DNA of 26,426 bases from a virus. Its lineage: Duplodnaviria; Heunggongvirae; Uroviricota; Caudoviricetes. The notes beneath the pieces are model-generated. The model worked only from the letters and a program-made list of their open reading frames with translations. It was not told the DNA's origin and made no database searches. Both the position numbers and the translations under genes were made by a program. The stretch is taken from IMG/VR virus record IMGVR_UViG_2540341016_000013, one strand, 5' to 3'. Below, piece by piece: positions 16,284-25,836 of the stretch (positions within the stretch are counted from its first letter, which is position 1; the number at the start of each line of letters is the position of its first letter).

Positions 16284-16622
16284 TCACACCCCGCGCAGGA
16301 TACGAATGACGTCGCCTTCACCCCCGGCTTCATCAAGTGCAATACCACAGGATTTACCGTCGCCGGACTGCGGCACGGCTCTGGCCTGAGCATCTGACTG
16401 AACAGCCACACCACGGCTGACAGCGGCCCCGGCCTCGACAGCAATAATGCCCAGAACGCTCACCGGCGTGCTGTCGCCGGTAACAGCATCCACTTCGGCA
16501 ACCCCGAGCGCTGCGGCACCGGCTTTACAGGGGGTATTATCTGCCCCGACAAAACGCTGCTGTGCCAGTGCTGCCCCTGCCGTTACGGTTGTGATCAGAA
16601 TGACCTGCTGAGTGGTTCCCAT
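16284..16622 (-). CDS. Ala/Gly/Val-rich small structural protein (possible head decoration protein)
   Basis: 112 aa; strong SD AAGGAGG 7 nt upstream; immediately downstream of the major capsid gene. Confidence 0.55.
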   Translation of the reverse strand: MGTTQQVILITTVTAGAALAQQRFVGADNTPCKAGAAALGVAEVDAVTGDSTPVSVLGIIAVEAGAAVSRGVAVQSDAQARAVPQSGDGKSCGIALDEAGGEGDVIRILRGV

Positions 16623-16631
16623 AACGCCTCC

Positions 16632-17585
16632 TTATTTACTGATACCGGTAATGAGATACCCGGCATCGCCACCAACCACGGCGACTTTGTAGATATCGGT
16701 ATAACGGCAGTACTTCACCTTGCCACCGGCTCCGTCGTATTTGTCGGCAACAGGCATCCCCTTACGACGCAGGGTGTAGCCGAAGGACGGCTCGTTCTCG
16801 TCCGCGCTGTCCGCCCCCGGCTGCGGTTTGCCGACATAGTGCAGCATCAGATTGTCTCCCCAGATATCCGCCGGCACGCTGTTCTTATCCATTGCCGCTT
16901 TCATGGACGGCAGGGAGACTGGGGCACCGATGACGATCTCTTCGATCTGAAAGAGGTCCTGCAGGATTTCTGTGGTGATGCGCTTGCGTTCGTTGGCTCC
17001 GATGGCGGCCTGAATCGCCGGGTGGAACTTCAGCAGCGCCATCACGCCGGCCCCCATGGTCATCAGGTTAGGACGCAGCCCCGTGGCCGTACGGACCGCT
17101 TCCATACCGGCTTCAATCACCCCGATGGGGTCCCCCTTACCACCGGCCCAGCGATCACTGGCTGTCAGTTTTTTGACGTGCCCGGTACGGTAGACCTTTT
17201 CATCCTGAGCCAGACGGGCAGCGATAAGTTCACGGCGCAGGTTCACGCCATTCGTGGCGCGACGGATGGCCTTGCTCTCTTCGTTAAACATGGACTCCGC
17301 CTGCTCGCGATAGTCCACCGGCGCAGCCAGATCGTGTTCACCCAGCACCAGGTCCAGCGTGCCTGTTTTTTCACGGACCAGAACATTGCTGTCCGCCCCG
17401 ACGGCACGCTCGGTGTCATATTCCACAAAGGCGGTTTTCCCGAAGGTCGGTACACGCACGCCTTCCTTGTCCGTCAGCACGACGGGGAAAATACGTTCGC
17501 CGATGAATGCGGCATTTTTATAGCCACGGGCGATACTGGTCAGTACCGGATCAACGACACGTTTACCTTTTAAGTAATCAGACAT
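16632..17585 (-). CDS. Major capsid (head) protein
   Basis: 317 aa; AAGGAGAG SD; follows the protease/scaffold gene as in Mu (T). Confidence 0.8.
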   Translation of the reverse strand: MSDYLKGKRVVDPVLTSIARGYKNAAFIGERIFPVVLTDKEGVRVPTFGKTAFVEYDTERAVGADSNVLVREKTGTLDLVLGEHDLAAPVDYREQAESMFNEESKAIRRATNGVNLRRELIAARLAQDEKVYRTGHVKKLTASDRWAGGKGDPIGVIEAGMEAVRTATGLRPNLMTMGAGVMALLKFHPAIQAAIGANERKRITTEILQDLFQIEEIVIGAPVSLPSMKAAMDKNSVPADIWGDNLMLHYVGKPQPGADSADENEPSFGYTLRRKGMPVADKYDGAGGKVKYCRYTDIYKVAVVGGDAGYLITGISK

Positions 17586-17599
17586 GCTCTCTCCTTAAA

Positions 17600-18715
17600 T
17601 TACAGGCAGCGTGCGACAGCAGCCTCATAGCTGATGCCTTCTTTTTTGGACAGGGCCACTGCTTTCTGATGCAGGGCCAGACGCTCAGGATCGGCTTCCG
17701 CAAACTCTGCCACATCCACCTTCACCGTGTCGCCGACACGCTCTTTTGTGGCCTGTTCGGCGAAATTCATCACCGGCTCCCCGTCGGAGAGCAATGAACG
17801 AAAGGCGGTGGCCAGCGGTGTGCGGCTTTCCCCCTCAGCAAACTCCACCGGCTTGTCGCCACCGGCGACGGCATCCAGCAGGGCAACCACCACGGAGGAG
17901 GCGCGGGGAGCCAGACGGCCCTCTGCGACCAGTTTTTCTGCAAAGGCCACATTGTCCTTATGCAGTTGCTCCTGTCTGACCTGTGCATCACGCGCATCGC
18001 GATCAGCAGCCTGCTGCTTCAGGCGGCGGTTCTCCTCCTGAAGGGCTTCAATCTCTTCTTTTGTCATCGATGATTCCTCGTTACTTGCGGAAGACGGCCC
18101 CGGGCCTGTCTCACTGAATTGTGCACCTGCTGCATCCTGCGACAGTGTGTCGCGGTACGCCTCTTCGCGCAGACTGTTGAGCTGCCATTCCGGCAGGACT
18201 TTTTCTGCCTCGTCCAGACTGAAGCGGGCGATCAGAAAATCGCGCAGCTTTCCCCACAGGGAGGCATTCGTGATGGCCTGCCAGTCGGCGAACTCCACCA
18301 CACCTTCTTCCTGCTCACTGAAGGACACCTGTTTCAGCCCCTTGACGGAAGGTGGCTGTGCCCCGAGAAAGCCCACATGGCGAAGGTAGAGCACGCCGGG
18401 CTTCGGATTGGACGGTGAATCCGGGAGGTAGAAAGAGGCGGACACTTTTTTGAATCGTCCGTCGGTGACCATCTCAGCAAACTGCGGGTCCAGCTGGGCA
18501 GGCTCTGCCATCAGATCGACGCCGCTGAGCGACAGGGCTTTCACCCAGCCCCACGCCGGGTCTTCCGTTCTGGGATGACCAATCACGAGTGGTGCTTCAT
18601 GGACGGACGGGTCATAGGCTTTCACGCAGGCGGCAAGATCGTCTGGCGTGAACGGCAGTTTTTTGCCGTGCATATCGGTATGAGTACCGGCTTTAAAAAT
18701 GTGAATGGCTGACAT
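17600..18715 (-). CDS. Head maturation protease / scaffold protein (Mu I-like)
   Basis: 371 aa; N-terminal half protease-like, C-terminal half charged and predicted coiled-coil (scaffold-like); directly precedes the major capsid gene. Confidence 0.7.
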   Translation of the reverse strand: MSAIHIFKAGTHTDMHGKKLPFTPDDLAACVKAYDPSVHEAPLVIGHPRTEDPAWGWVKALSLSGVDLMAEPAQLDPQFAEMVTDGRFKKVSASFYLPDSPSNPKPGVLYLRHVGFLGAQPPSVKGLKQVSFSEQEEGVVEFADWQAITNASLWGKLRDFLIARFSLDEAEKVLPEWQLNSLREEAYRDTLSQDAAGAQFSETGPGPSSASNEESSMTKEEIEALQEENRRLKQQAADRDARDAQVRQEQLHKDNVAFAEKLVAEGRLAPRASSVVVALLDAVAGGDKPVEFAEGESRTPLATAFRSLLSDGEPVMNFAEQATKERVGDTVKVDVAEFAEADPERLALHQKAVALSKKEGISYEAAVARCL

Positions 18716-18929
18716 TTTGCTGTCCCGCGTTATGTTGTCGGAGACAGTTTGTGAGAAATGCAGGCCCGGCGATTTTAATCTGCTTTAGAAAACATCAGGG
18801 GAGAAGGACAGGGAAAGCAATGCGGTGAACCGGAGGCGGTTATAAAACAGAGGCTGTAAAGCCTTTATAAAGGTAATACAGCCCCTCATTCGCTGGCAAT
18901 GATAAATCACCCGCCTGAAGAGAGAAAAC
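18716..18929 (-). promoter_or_regulatory. Intergenic region upstream of the protease/scaffold gene, candidate late promoter
   Basis: Only long non-coding gap (214 bp) in the structural operon; contains the perfect 12-bp palindrome CCTTTATAAAGG (18862-18873) and an AT-rich dyad. Confidence 0.4.
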
Positions 18930-19388
18930 TCAGCGACGGGCCGCTGATTCAAGATGGCGGACAATGGTATCGAGGATGGGGATTACCACTTCAAGCTGTA
19001 GTTCTCCATCCCCCGTCACCGGCAGGAACGGGCGGGCCGGAAGTTCAACAGACTCATTACGCCCCGTTTTCCCCCCGAACTGGTGAATGGCACCGTAAAC
19101 AACGTTGGTCCCCACAACAGCCTGCCGGTCGTCATGGTCGGTTGATACTGACCCCATCAGACGCCCGGTATCCTGCAGTGTCTGCCCGTCACGTTCTTCC
19201 GCTGCCAGCGAGGGCATCCACCCCGGACGCCCCTCATCAAGAAAGTTAAACTGTGTTTCCGCCAGCAGGGTTCCGGCGATTTTGCGCATCGCGGGCTCCA
19301 GGTCTGTGGCAGCAAGATCCAGCGCACGGAGGCTCCGGCGCAGGGACTTATCGTTAATGGTGATACTGACCAGGTTATCGGAAGCCAT
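18930..19388 (-). CDS. Virion morphogenesis protein (Mu G-like)
   Basis: 152 aa, position after the F-like gene. Confidence 0.65.
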   Translation of the reverse strand: MASDNLVSITINDKSLRRSLRALDLAATDLEPAMRKIAGTLLAETQFNFLDEGRPGWMPSLAAEERDGQTLQDTGRLMGSVSTDHDDRQAVVGTNVVYGAIHQFGGKTGRNESVELPARPFLPVTGDGELQLEVVIPILDTIVRHLESAARR

Positions 19389-19390
19389 TG

Positions 19391-20212
19391 TTATCCTCTC
19401 AGTTCCTGTTGTGCCAGTGGCTGAAGCGTACCCTGATAGCGGGCCAGGTCGGGACGGTATGCTGCCCCCGGAGCATAAGACCAGCCGACGTCGGTGGTCA
19501 CCTTCGTGGTGCCGGTATTAAAGGTGGCCACGTTCCGCATTTCGCCGGTTTTCTCTGAGACCAGTTTCAGTTCCTGGCCCATGGCAGAGCCGGAGCTGAT
19601 AACCTTCAGGCCACGGGCACGTACATCCGCCGCACTCAGGGCAATCACACTACAGCGGCAGCGCCAGCCGTTCGGCGGGTAAAATGCCTGCCAGAACGGG
19701 TCATCCCAGCGCAGCACCAGACCATGCAGCGCCAGATGGCTCCTGCGGGTATGGCTGTCGTTGATGCCGGTATACATCCAGTACGGCCTGTCGTCGACGT
19801 TTTCCATCTGTTCCGCCCAACGACCGGCGCTGTAGAGTACGGACATATTGGTGCGAAAGATGGTATCGAGCCGCCACGGACTGCCCTGCTGAATGGTGAC
19901 CGGCTCACCCGTTACCGGGTCAGTCGTGTCACGTGGTCCCCACCATCCCTTACGCTTCAGCACCGGCTCCAGCTCCTGCCGGAACCAGCGATCGGTTTTT
20001 CCTTCATCGACAGCCTGCTGCAGTGCCCCGCGAATATCTTCCAGGATATCCAGGCGGGTCACTTTAGCAACGGTAAAGGCGTGGGCATGGGCCTCCTGCC
20101 ACATTTCTTCCCAGTCCCAGGTAATCTGATATCCTTTGGACTTCAGGTAGTTGATTGCCCGCTTCGGGGGAAGCGTCATGCAGTACGCCAGTTCAGCCGT
20201 TGTCACGCTCAT
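19391..20212 (-). CDS. Head morphogenesis protein (Mu F-like minor head protein)
   Basis: Start chosen at the ATG at 20210-20212, which has a GGGGG SD; the first ATG of the ORF lacks one. Downstream of portal. Confidence 0.7.
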   Translation of the reverse strand: MSVTTAELAYCMTLPPKRAINYLKSKGYQITWDWEEMWQEAHAHAFTVAKVTRLDILEDIRGALQQAVDEGKTDRWFRQELEPVLKRKGWWGPRDTTDPVTGEPVTIQQGSPWRLDTIFRTNMSVLYSAGRWAEQMENVDDRPYWMYTGINDSHTRRSHLALHGLVLRWDDPFWQAFYPPNGWRCRCSVIALSAADVRARGLKVISSGSAMGQELKLVSEKTGEMRNVATFNTGTTKVTTDVGWSYAPGAAYRPDLARYQGTLQPLAQQELRG

Positions 20213-21689
20213 GCAGACGCCCCCAGATATTTGCCACAAAGAGAATGCGGGCCAGCCGCTCCTGCAGATCGTCCGTGTTCATCTGAGGGTAGAGCTCCGC
20301 CAGTTCGCCCAGCAGCTCAGACGGGTTAACCCCGTTTTCGACCCGCCTGAACAGAGGTGCCAGGACGGGTTCCAGCGTGCCATTTAACGCGCCTCCGTTC
20401 ATCAGAATGTCCAGCGCGTCGTCAAGCTGCTGCTGAGCCTGAATATCAGCATCAATCGCCTCGGCAAATGACAGCGGCAGCATGTTATTCTGGCGTTCCG
20501 ACGGTGGTGTCTCGTCAATATCGCCGTCCTGCAGTTGGTACTCACGCTTGAAGTACTGCGGGGTCAGACGCAGACCCGCCCGGGTGAGTTTTTCGTCGCG
20601 GGTGGCACGGGTGTCATCAATGGCCTCCTGTTCCCACATGGCCCAGACCGGACACGGCACATCGCCGAAGTTCAGGGTGACCACCGTTCTGATGACCTGA
20701 TTCACTGCCGCCTGAATGATGTCCGCATCCGCATCGCGGATATCAGCCGTTACCTCCAGCCCGGCCTGTGCAGAGGCCTTGTTACTGTTCGCTTCCGTGG
20801 TCTGATTCTGACCGAGTAATGCAATGGAGATCTTACTGCGTGACAGTGTGATCAGCTCGCGAAATACCTCGCTGCTGTCTGCCTTGCCATCCGCTGCCCT
20901 GAGCTCAATACTGCTGTCATCGGGGATGGCGGCCACCGCTTCCTCCACCATCTGCTCCATGGAGTCCAGCAGTTTTTCAATCTCTGCATCATTTGCGCCC
21001 CTCGGGTGCTTACCGATCACCCACGGGGAGCCAAACTTTTCGGCAAAGCGGAGCCAGAATTTCATCCCGCCTTTCTTGAAGGCGACCGGCCAGAAGCACA
21101 TGGACAGGTCCGGGAAACCGTAAGGATTGTCATACGAGGCATCCTGTGCCGGCACCACGAATTTTGACGGTGACAGCAGCTCACCCTCCACACCCGCATC
21201 ACGCGCCCGAAAGCGCAGGCAGTTGTCCGTATCAAACTGAAACCACTCAGGCGGTTTGCCGACAATATCCGTCACCGCCCACGACCTGACCGAACGGCCC
21301 CACATGATTTCACAGGGCTGATACCCGTAGAGCACGGCATCGCTCATTTCACCGATGATGCGGGACAGATCCAGATCGTCGAGCATGTCGCGGATGAAAC
21401 GGAAGACCCGGGCAGAGGCGTGACCACGCTCCAGTCCACGCTCCAGCGATTTGAGCGCTGCTTTACGTCTGCGGATACAGCCCCCGACCAGCGGGTCGGT
21501 GCGCAGTTCGCGGTAGATACGGATATCCCGTCCCTGAGCCTTGAGAATGGGATCAGGATTGGGCAGATACATGCCCAGTCCGTAAAAGTCGATCGCGCGG
21601 CTGCGGGAGGCAATCTGCGCGGTCAGTGATTTCTGAGGCTCAGAAAAAGCAACAAATTCATCGGGTGAAACCCAGATACCCCTCGCCAT
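20193..21689 (-). CDS. Portal protein (Mu gp29 / DUF935-type)
   Basis: 498 aa immediately downstream of the terminase large subunit; ATG overlaps the terminase stop. Confidence 0.85.
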   Translation of the reverse strand: MARGIWVSPDEFVAFSEPQKSLTAQIASRSRAIDFYGLGMYLPNPDPILKAQGRDIRIYRELRTDPLVGGCIRRRKAALKSLERGLERGHASARVFRFIRDMLDDLDLSRIIGEMSDAVLYGYQPCEIMWGRSVRSWAVTDIVGKPPEWFQFDTDNCLRFRARDAGVEGELLSPSKFVVPAQDASYDNPYGFPDLSMCFWPVAFKKGGMKFWLRFAEKFGSPWVIGKHPRGANDAEIEKLLDSMEQMVEEAVAAIPDDSSIELRAADGKADSSEVFRELITLSRSKISIALLGQNQTTEANSNKASAQAGLEVTADIRDADADIIQAAVNQVIRTVVTLNFGDVPCPVWAMWEQEAIDDTRATRDEKLTRAGLRLTPQYFKREYQLQDGDIDETPPSERQNNMLPLSFAEAIDADIQAQQQLDDALDILMNGGALNGTLEPVLAPLFRRVENGVNPSELLGELAELYPQMNTDDLQERLARILFVANIWGRLHERDNG

Positions 21690-23284
21690 CAGAATCCCCC
21701 CAGCATACGGGCCGCCTGACGACGACGGCGTGAGCTTGCCTTCACCGGCCCTTTGTTAATTTCACGGCTGGCGAAATACGCCAGCGCCAGTGCGATGGCT
21801 GAATCCCCGTGGCGTTTACCACCGTCAGCCTTTGCTTTTGAGCGTTGCTCCGGTACGCGGGGGACACCGTTCACCACCTGAACGGCCCGCAGGTCATCCA
21901 GTGTGTCTTCATCCTTTGGTAAGTCCACCAGGTTGCCGTCTTCCAGTGCAGCTTTGACCGGAGGCATATGCTCCCGGTACCAGCCTTCGGTTGGCATCAC
22001 CTGCTGAACCCGGCCGGAGCCGTAGCGCTGCATGGCGTATTCAGCCAGATAGGCACCATTACCACGGGCATCAAACGCTGCACCCAGCAGACCGGGCAGG
22101 CCATCCATCAGATACCAGGTGATTTGCTCCTGCTGTCTGAACGGCACGTTACGCAGCTCCAGTACGAATGGCACGCGTCGTACCAGGTTCTTCTCCTGCA
22201 GCAGGGGATAGTCCACCGACAAATCACCGCTACGGCCAAAGTCGCGCCCCAGGAAAGAGCGGGCATCAGTGGGGAGTGCCTCCAGCAATGGTTTCAGATA
22301 CTCATCAAGCCAGTCCTGCGTCTCGCGGAAGCGAACCTCATCAGACAGCAGTTCATAACCTTCCTTGCAGGTCAGACGCAATACCGGCGTATCAGCGGAC
22401 ATGCGGGACTCTATCAGGGCACGGGACAGCCAGGCACCGCCACCGTTGGCCGGAATACAGTCAAGCTCTTCGGATGCGCCGGCACCGTAGAATTTGTACA
22501 CCGATGCCATCCAGGCCTGCTCGGATGCCTCCGACCATTCCTTCCCGGTGCGCAGACAGACGCGCCGGAACAGCCCCTCAGATACGGCTTCCCGGAAAGT
22601 GATGCGATGTATGCTGCCTCCCTGACGTCCGGCACGGATATCCCCGATAAGCGTATTGAACGGATTGTCGTCACCGTCATGGGTGGAGATAACGCGTACC
22701 TTTCCCCCCCAGATAAGCATCGCCAGCGCCGCTTTCAGCAGTTCGTCCAGTTGCTCATGGAACGCCGCTTCGTCGATAACAATAATACCCTGACGGCCAC
22801 GCAGGTTAGACGGGCGGCTGGAGAGCGCAACAATACGAAAGCCGGAGTCAGGAAATTTGATGGTGTAAGTCTTGATGTGTTTGTCGTCGTCGTCCTCTTC
22901 CCAGAATCCTTCTTCAATTTCACTGGCCGCATAGTTGAATGCCCGTGCCCACATCGCACACGCCTGAATGTATTCGACGGTCATGTCCTGGTTATAAGCG
23001 ATGTAATACACATTCATCCCGCCTGCTGGCGCAGAAGAGGCGGCGGTCAGTACGTTATCGGATGCCTCAGCCCATGTAATACCGGTACGACGGCTCTTTT
23101 CTATCACCTTAAGCGGAGAGGTGTCTGCCACCCAGCGCTGCTGGTAAGGCAACAGAACGGGAGGGGCATCCAGCGCCGAGGTATCAGGCAAAACGGGAGC
23201 AAGGTTATTCCTCCCGTCCATGGGACTCATCCCTTCGGGGCCGCCGCCAGCGGCGTTTAAAATCCCTCCGGATGATTTTGTCAT
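21689..23284 (-). CDS. Terminase large subunit
   Basis: 531 aa with ATPase-like and nuclease-like regions (IVIDEAAF...); between small terminase and portal. Confidence 0.88.
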   Translation of the reverse strand: MTKSSGGILNAAGGGPEGMSPMDGRNNLAPVLPDTSALDAPPVLLPYQQRWVADTSPLKVIEKSRRTGITWAEASDNVLTAASSAPAGGMNVYYIAYNQDMTVEYIQACAMWARAFNYAASEIEEGFWEEDDDDKHIKTYTIKFPDSGFRIVALSSRPSNLRGRQGIIVIDEAAFHEQLDELLKAALAMLIWGGKVRVISTHDGDDNPFNTLIGDIRAGRQGGSIHRITFREAVSEGLFRRVCLRTGKEWSEASEQAWMASVYKFYGAGASEELDCIPANGGGAWLSRALIESRMSADTPVLRLTCKEGYELLSDEVRFRETQDWLDEYLKPLLEALPTDARSFLGRDFGRSGDLSVDYPLLQEKNLVRRVPFVLELRNVPFRQQEQITWYLMDGLPGLLGAAFDARGNGAYLAEYAMQRYGSGRVQQVMPTEGWYREHMPPVKAALEDGNLVDLPKDEDTLDDLRAVQVVNGVPRVPEQRSKAKADGGKRHGDSAIALALAYFASREINKGPVKASSRRRRQAARMLGGF

Positions 23285-23826
23285 GTGGCAATCCCCAGAA
23301 TCTCGCGACGAAGCGCCTGTACTGCGTCGCTTGACAGTCCCCCCTTACGGGCAATTTTCTCGGCGTTGCTGGCTGCCTGCTGCGCTCTGGCCCGTACTTC
23401 AGACTGGAACTTTTTGAGGTTGACGGACGCGCGGGACAGCGTAGCCACATTCTTCGCCACCTTCGACAGCAGGGCCACGCGTTCTTTAGGATCGACTTCG
23501 CCTTCTTCCGCCTCCTGCAACTGGACAATACTCTCGAACAGCTCGGTCTGAATAAGGGCTATCACAGCCTCCGAACGCGCATCCTGATCGTCTGCTGCGC
23601 CTTCGGTCAGCATGCGGGCCGCTTCTGTTGCCGCACGGATAGCACCATAGCGGCGCTCAATCTTCTGTCCATAGCGATGGATAGCGGATTTGCTGATGAC
23701 GTACCCCCGCTCACGCAACAGGGACTCCAGCTCGTTATACCCGCTGAAGCCGGATTCAGTCAGCGCCCGTTCAAGCCAGCGGCGCACGTCTTCCGGCAGC
23801 TTTTCTATTGTGCTGCGTCTGGCCAT
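23281..23826 (-). CDS. Terminase small subunit (Mu gp27-like)
   Basis: 181 aa, basic HTH-like N-terminus; overlaps the large subunit start by 4 nt. Confidence 0.65.
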   Translation of the reverse strand: MARRSTIEKLPEDVRRWLERALTESGFSGYNELESLLRERGYVISKSAIHRYGQKIERRYGAIRAATEAARMLTEGAADDQDARSEAVIALIQTELFESIVQLQEAEEGEVDPKERVALLSKVAKNVATLSRASVNLKKFQSEVRARAQQAASNAEKIARKGGLSSDAVQALRREILGIAT

Positions 23827-24137
23827 TATTCACTCCAGTACTTTTCCGGGCGGGCAATACCCGGACCACATTCCACGGTGTATTCCACCAGGTCTACGCC
23901 GAGGCGGGTCAGGTCAGCAAACCAGTCGCCAGAAGGTTTTTTCTCCAGCTCAACCATTTTACGGTCAGCCAGATAATCCAGTTCGCGGCGCAGTTCCAGC
24001 GGTGTGGTGTCCGGGTAGATGGCACGGGACACATCCAGCAGCAGCGTCTCGCTGGCGGTGTAAGGGCGGGTCTTGTTCAGGGCAACCAGCAGACTCCAGC
24101 GCAGGGATTCGCGGCGTACCCGGGTAATATCGACCAT
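23826..24137 (-). CDS. Hypothetical protein (Mu gp26 positional equivalent)
   Basis: 103 aa, ATGA-coupled to both neighbours. Confidence 0.5.
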   Translation of the reverse strand: MVDITRVRRESLRWSLLVALNKTRPYTASETLLLDVSRAIYPDTTPLELRRELDYLADRKMVELEKKPSGDWFADLTRLGVDLVEYTVECGPGIARPEKYWSE

Positions 24138-24463
24138 TATTGACCTCCGGTATTGCGGTACTGCTGTACCACTTCCAGTTTGTTATAAAGCGCGTCCAGT
24201 TTGGCCTCAATGACTGTCTGGCCACGGATATAATCCTCTCGACGGACATAATTCAGCGGTAAATCCGCTTTAAATCGCATAAATTCTTTTTCCAGCTCGC
24301 CCCAGTTGGAGGCGGATTGTTGCAGGGCCTGTTCAAGGGAGGCGAATCGTGCCGCCTGGCGTTCTTCTGTTTTACTGAACAACCATTTGGCGAGCCCTCC
24401 CACAAACCCCATGAAGGTGAGCAGAAAACTCACCACCGTCCAGAATTCAACCTGCAGTGTCAT
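24137..24463 (-). CDS. Membrane-anchored small protein (Mu gp25 positional equivalent)
   Basis: 108 aa; N-terminal hydrophobic segment WTVVSFLLTFMGFVGGLAKWLF then a charged helical region. Confidence 0.5.
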   Translation of the reverse strand: MTLQVEFWTVVSFLLTFMGFVGGLAKWLFSKTEERQAARFASLEQALQQSASNWGELEKEFMRFKADLPLNYVRREDYIRGQTVIEAKLDALYNKLEVVQQYRNTGGQ

Positions 24464-25110
24464 TTCTGTAATCCTTCCCGTTCATCCAGCAGCGCGTTTA
24501 TCTGGTTCCGCCAGCGACGACATTGCCATGCGTTGTCGATGATGTTGGCGAGAACGTCACGCTGGGAGACACCCGAATCGCGTAACCGGGTGTCAGTGGT
24601 TTCAGGTTGCCCGGTCGCTGTGCCAGAGCGGGTGCCAGTGGCGGCAACTGAGTCTGAATGACCGGTGTCGACGGATGCGTTGTCATATCCGAGTGCGGCG
24701 TTGTACTGGCGCACGAAACCGCGAGTAAACACGCACTCAATGGGATGACTCTTACCTTTTTCATCAATCCAGCGCTGTGTGACATCGTTAATTTGCCCCT
24801 GTAGTTGTTTGTTCCGGCTCTCCAGTTGAGCAATCTGCTCAAGATAACCGGCTTCAGCCCGCTGCCCGGCGGCCACCTGCTCCTGATACCGTCTGGCCCA
24901 GGCCCGCAGCGCAGCATTCTCAAGCGTTGCCTGCTCCGTTTTGTACGCGTCAAATGCTGACTGCAACTGACTTAGCGCGGTATCACCGTCACGCTTTGCA
25001 GAGTCATGACCACTTCTGTATCCCATGGCATACAGGCCGACCAGAAAGGCATTGATAAGAATGGCCAGCAGAATGCCGCGCCACGGCAGCTTTTTAACCA
25101 GATGCCACAC
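24460..25110 (-). CDS. i-spanin (Rz-like inner-membrane spanin)
   Basis: N-terminal TM (GILLAILINAFLVGLYAMGY) followed by a long periplasmic coiled-coil-like domain. Probable GTG start at 25108-25110 with GGGGAGG SD; the upstream ATGs overlap the endolysin gene. Confidence 0.65.
   Translation of the reverse strand: MWHLVKKLPWRGILLAILINAFLVGLYAMGYRSGHDSAKRDGDTALSQLQSAFDAYKTEQATLENAALRAWARRYQEQVAAGQRAEAGYLEQIAQLESRNKQLQGQINDVTQRWIDEKGKSHPIECVFTRGFVRQYNAALGYDNASVDTGHSDSVAATGTRSGTATGQPETTDTRLRDSGVSQRDVLANIIDNAWQCRRWRNQINALLDEREGLQK
24498..24764 (-). CDS. o-spanin (Rz1-like outer-membrane lipoprotein), embedded in the i-spanin gene
   Basis: MKKVRVIPLSACLLAVSCAS has a lipobox (AVSC) followed by a Pro-rich mature region; lies wholly within the i-spanin gene in the +1 frame. 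Confidence 0.65.
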   Translation of the reverse strand: MKKVRVIPLSACLLAVSCASTTPHSDMTTHPSTPVIQTQLPPLAPALAQRPGNLKPLTPGYAIRVSPSVTFSPTSSTTHGNVVAGGTR

Positions 25111-25834
25111 AACTGCTGCCTCCCCATGTGAGATATCGCGGTGCCAGTTCGTGCAGGATGCGCTGCGGATAATGGCGGTTCTCCCGCCAGCTGGCCGCAT
25201 TGCGTCCGGCATTCACCGTGGCGACATGTCCGAACCAGCGGGTGCTGTCCAGACCTTTCTGTGATGCAAGCCGCCTGTCCCGTTGTACCCAGCCCAGACC
25301 ACCGTTATAGCCCGACAGTGTCATGGCCATACGCTCGCAGTCACTGGCGGCGCTGACACGCTGCCACAGCCAGCGGTCATAGCTGACCAGCGCCCGGATA
25401 GCCCATGCCGGATTAAACGGCTCACGACTGCTCAGCATCGGTATCAACTGGCTTATCCAGTCGGCAGTGGCAGGCATGAACTGCGCCAGTCCCTGAGCGC
25501 CAGCCGGCGAGATCGCATCAGGTCGCCAGCCGCTTTCCTGATGCAGTTGCGCGGCGAAATCGGCCACCGGCGCAGACAGTCCCCATTCAAGCCGGGCATT
25601 ACGGATCACATCATCGCGATACTGCAGCGCAGCCTGCGGAGGTTGTGCTGCGCATGCCTGGCTGAAAAAGCCGCCACACCAGAGCAACATTGCGACAAAG
25701 AATACCCATGCCATATGAACCAGAAAGGTCCCGGCGCGGACTGACAGGCGTTCGGTTCTGATGAAGACCCGAAAGGCTTCGAAAGCCAGTTTCAGGGACA
25801 TGCATACAATCCAGGTGATCTGCGGCCAGTTCAT
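25094..25834 (-). CDS. Endolysin: lytic transglycosylase (SLT domain) with N-terminal signal-anchor
   Basis: SLT catalytic motif LHQESGWRPDAISPAGAQGLAQFMP; hydrophobic segment MAWVFFVAMLLWCGGFF near the N-terminus; start ATG 2 nt after the holin-like stop. Confidence 0.8.
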   Translation of the reverse strand: MNWPQITWIVCMSLKLAFEAFRVFIRTERLSVRAGTFLVHMAWVFFVAMLLWCGGFFSQACAAQPPQAALQYRDDVIRNARLEWGLSAPVADFAAQLHQESGWRPDAISPAGAQGLAQFMPATADWISQLIPMLSSREPFNPAWAIRALVSYDRWLWQRVSAASDCERMAMTLSGYNGGLGWVQRDRRLASQKGLDSTRWFGHVATVNAGRNAASWRENRHYPQRILHELAPRYLTWGGSSCVASG

Positions 25835-25836
25835 GA

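Noticed and set aside
21968-23260. 430-aa plus-strand ORF
   Set aside because: Lies entirely antisense to the terminase large subunit gene, has a Cys/Arg/His-rich low-complexity composition and no recognisable domain.
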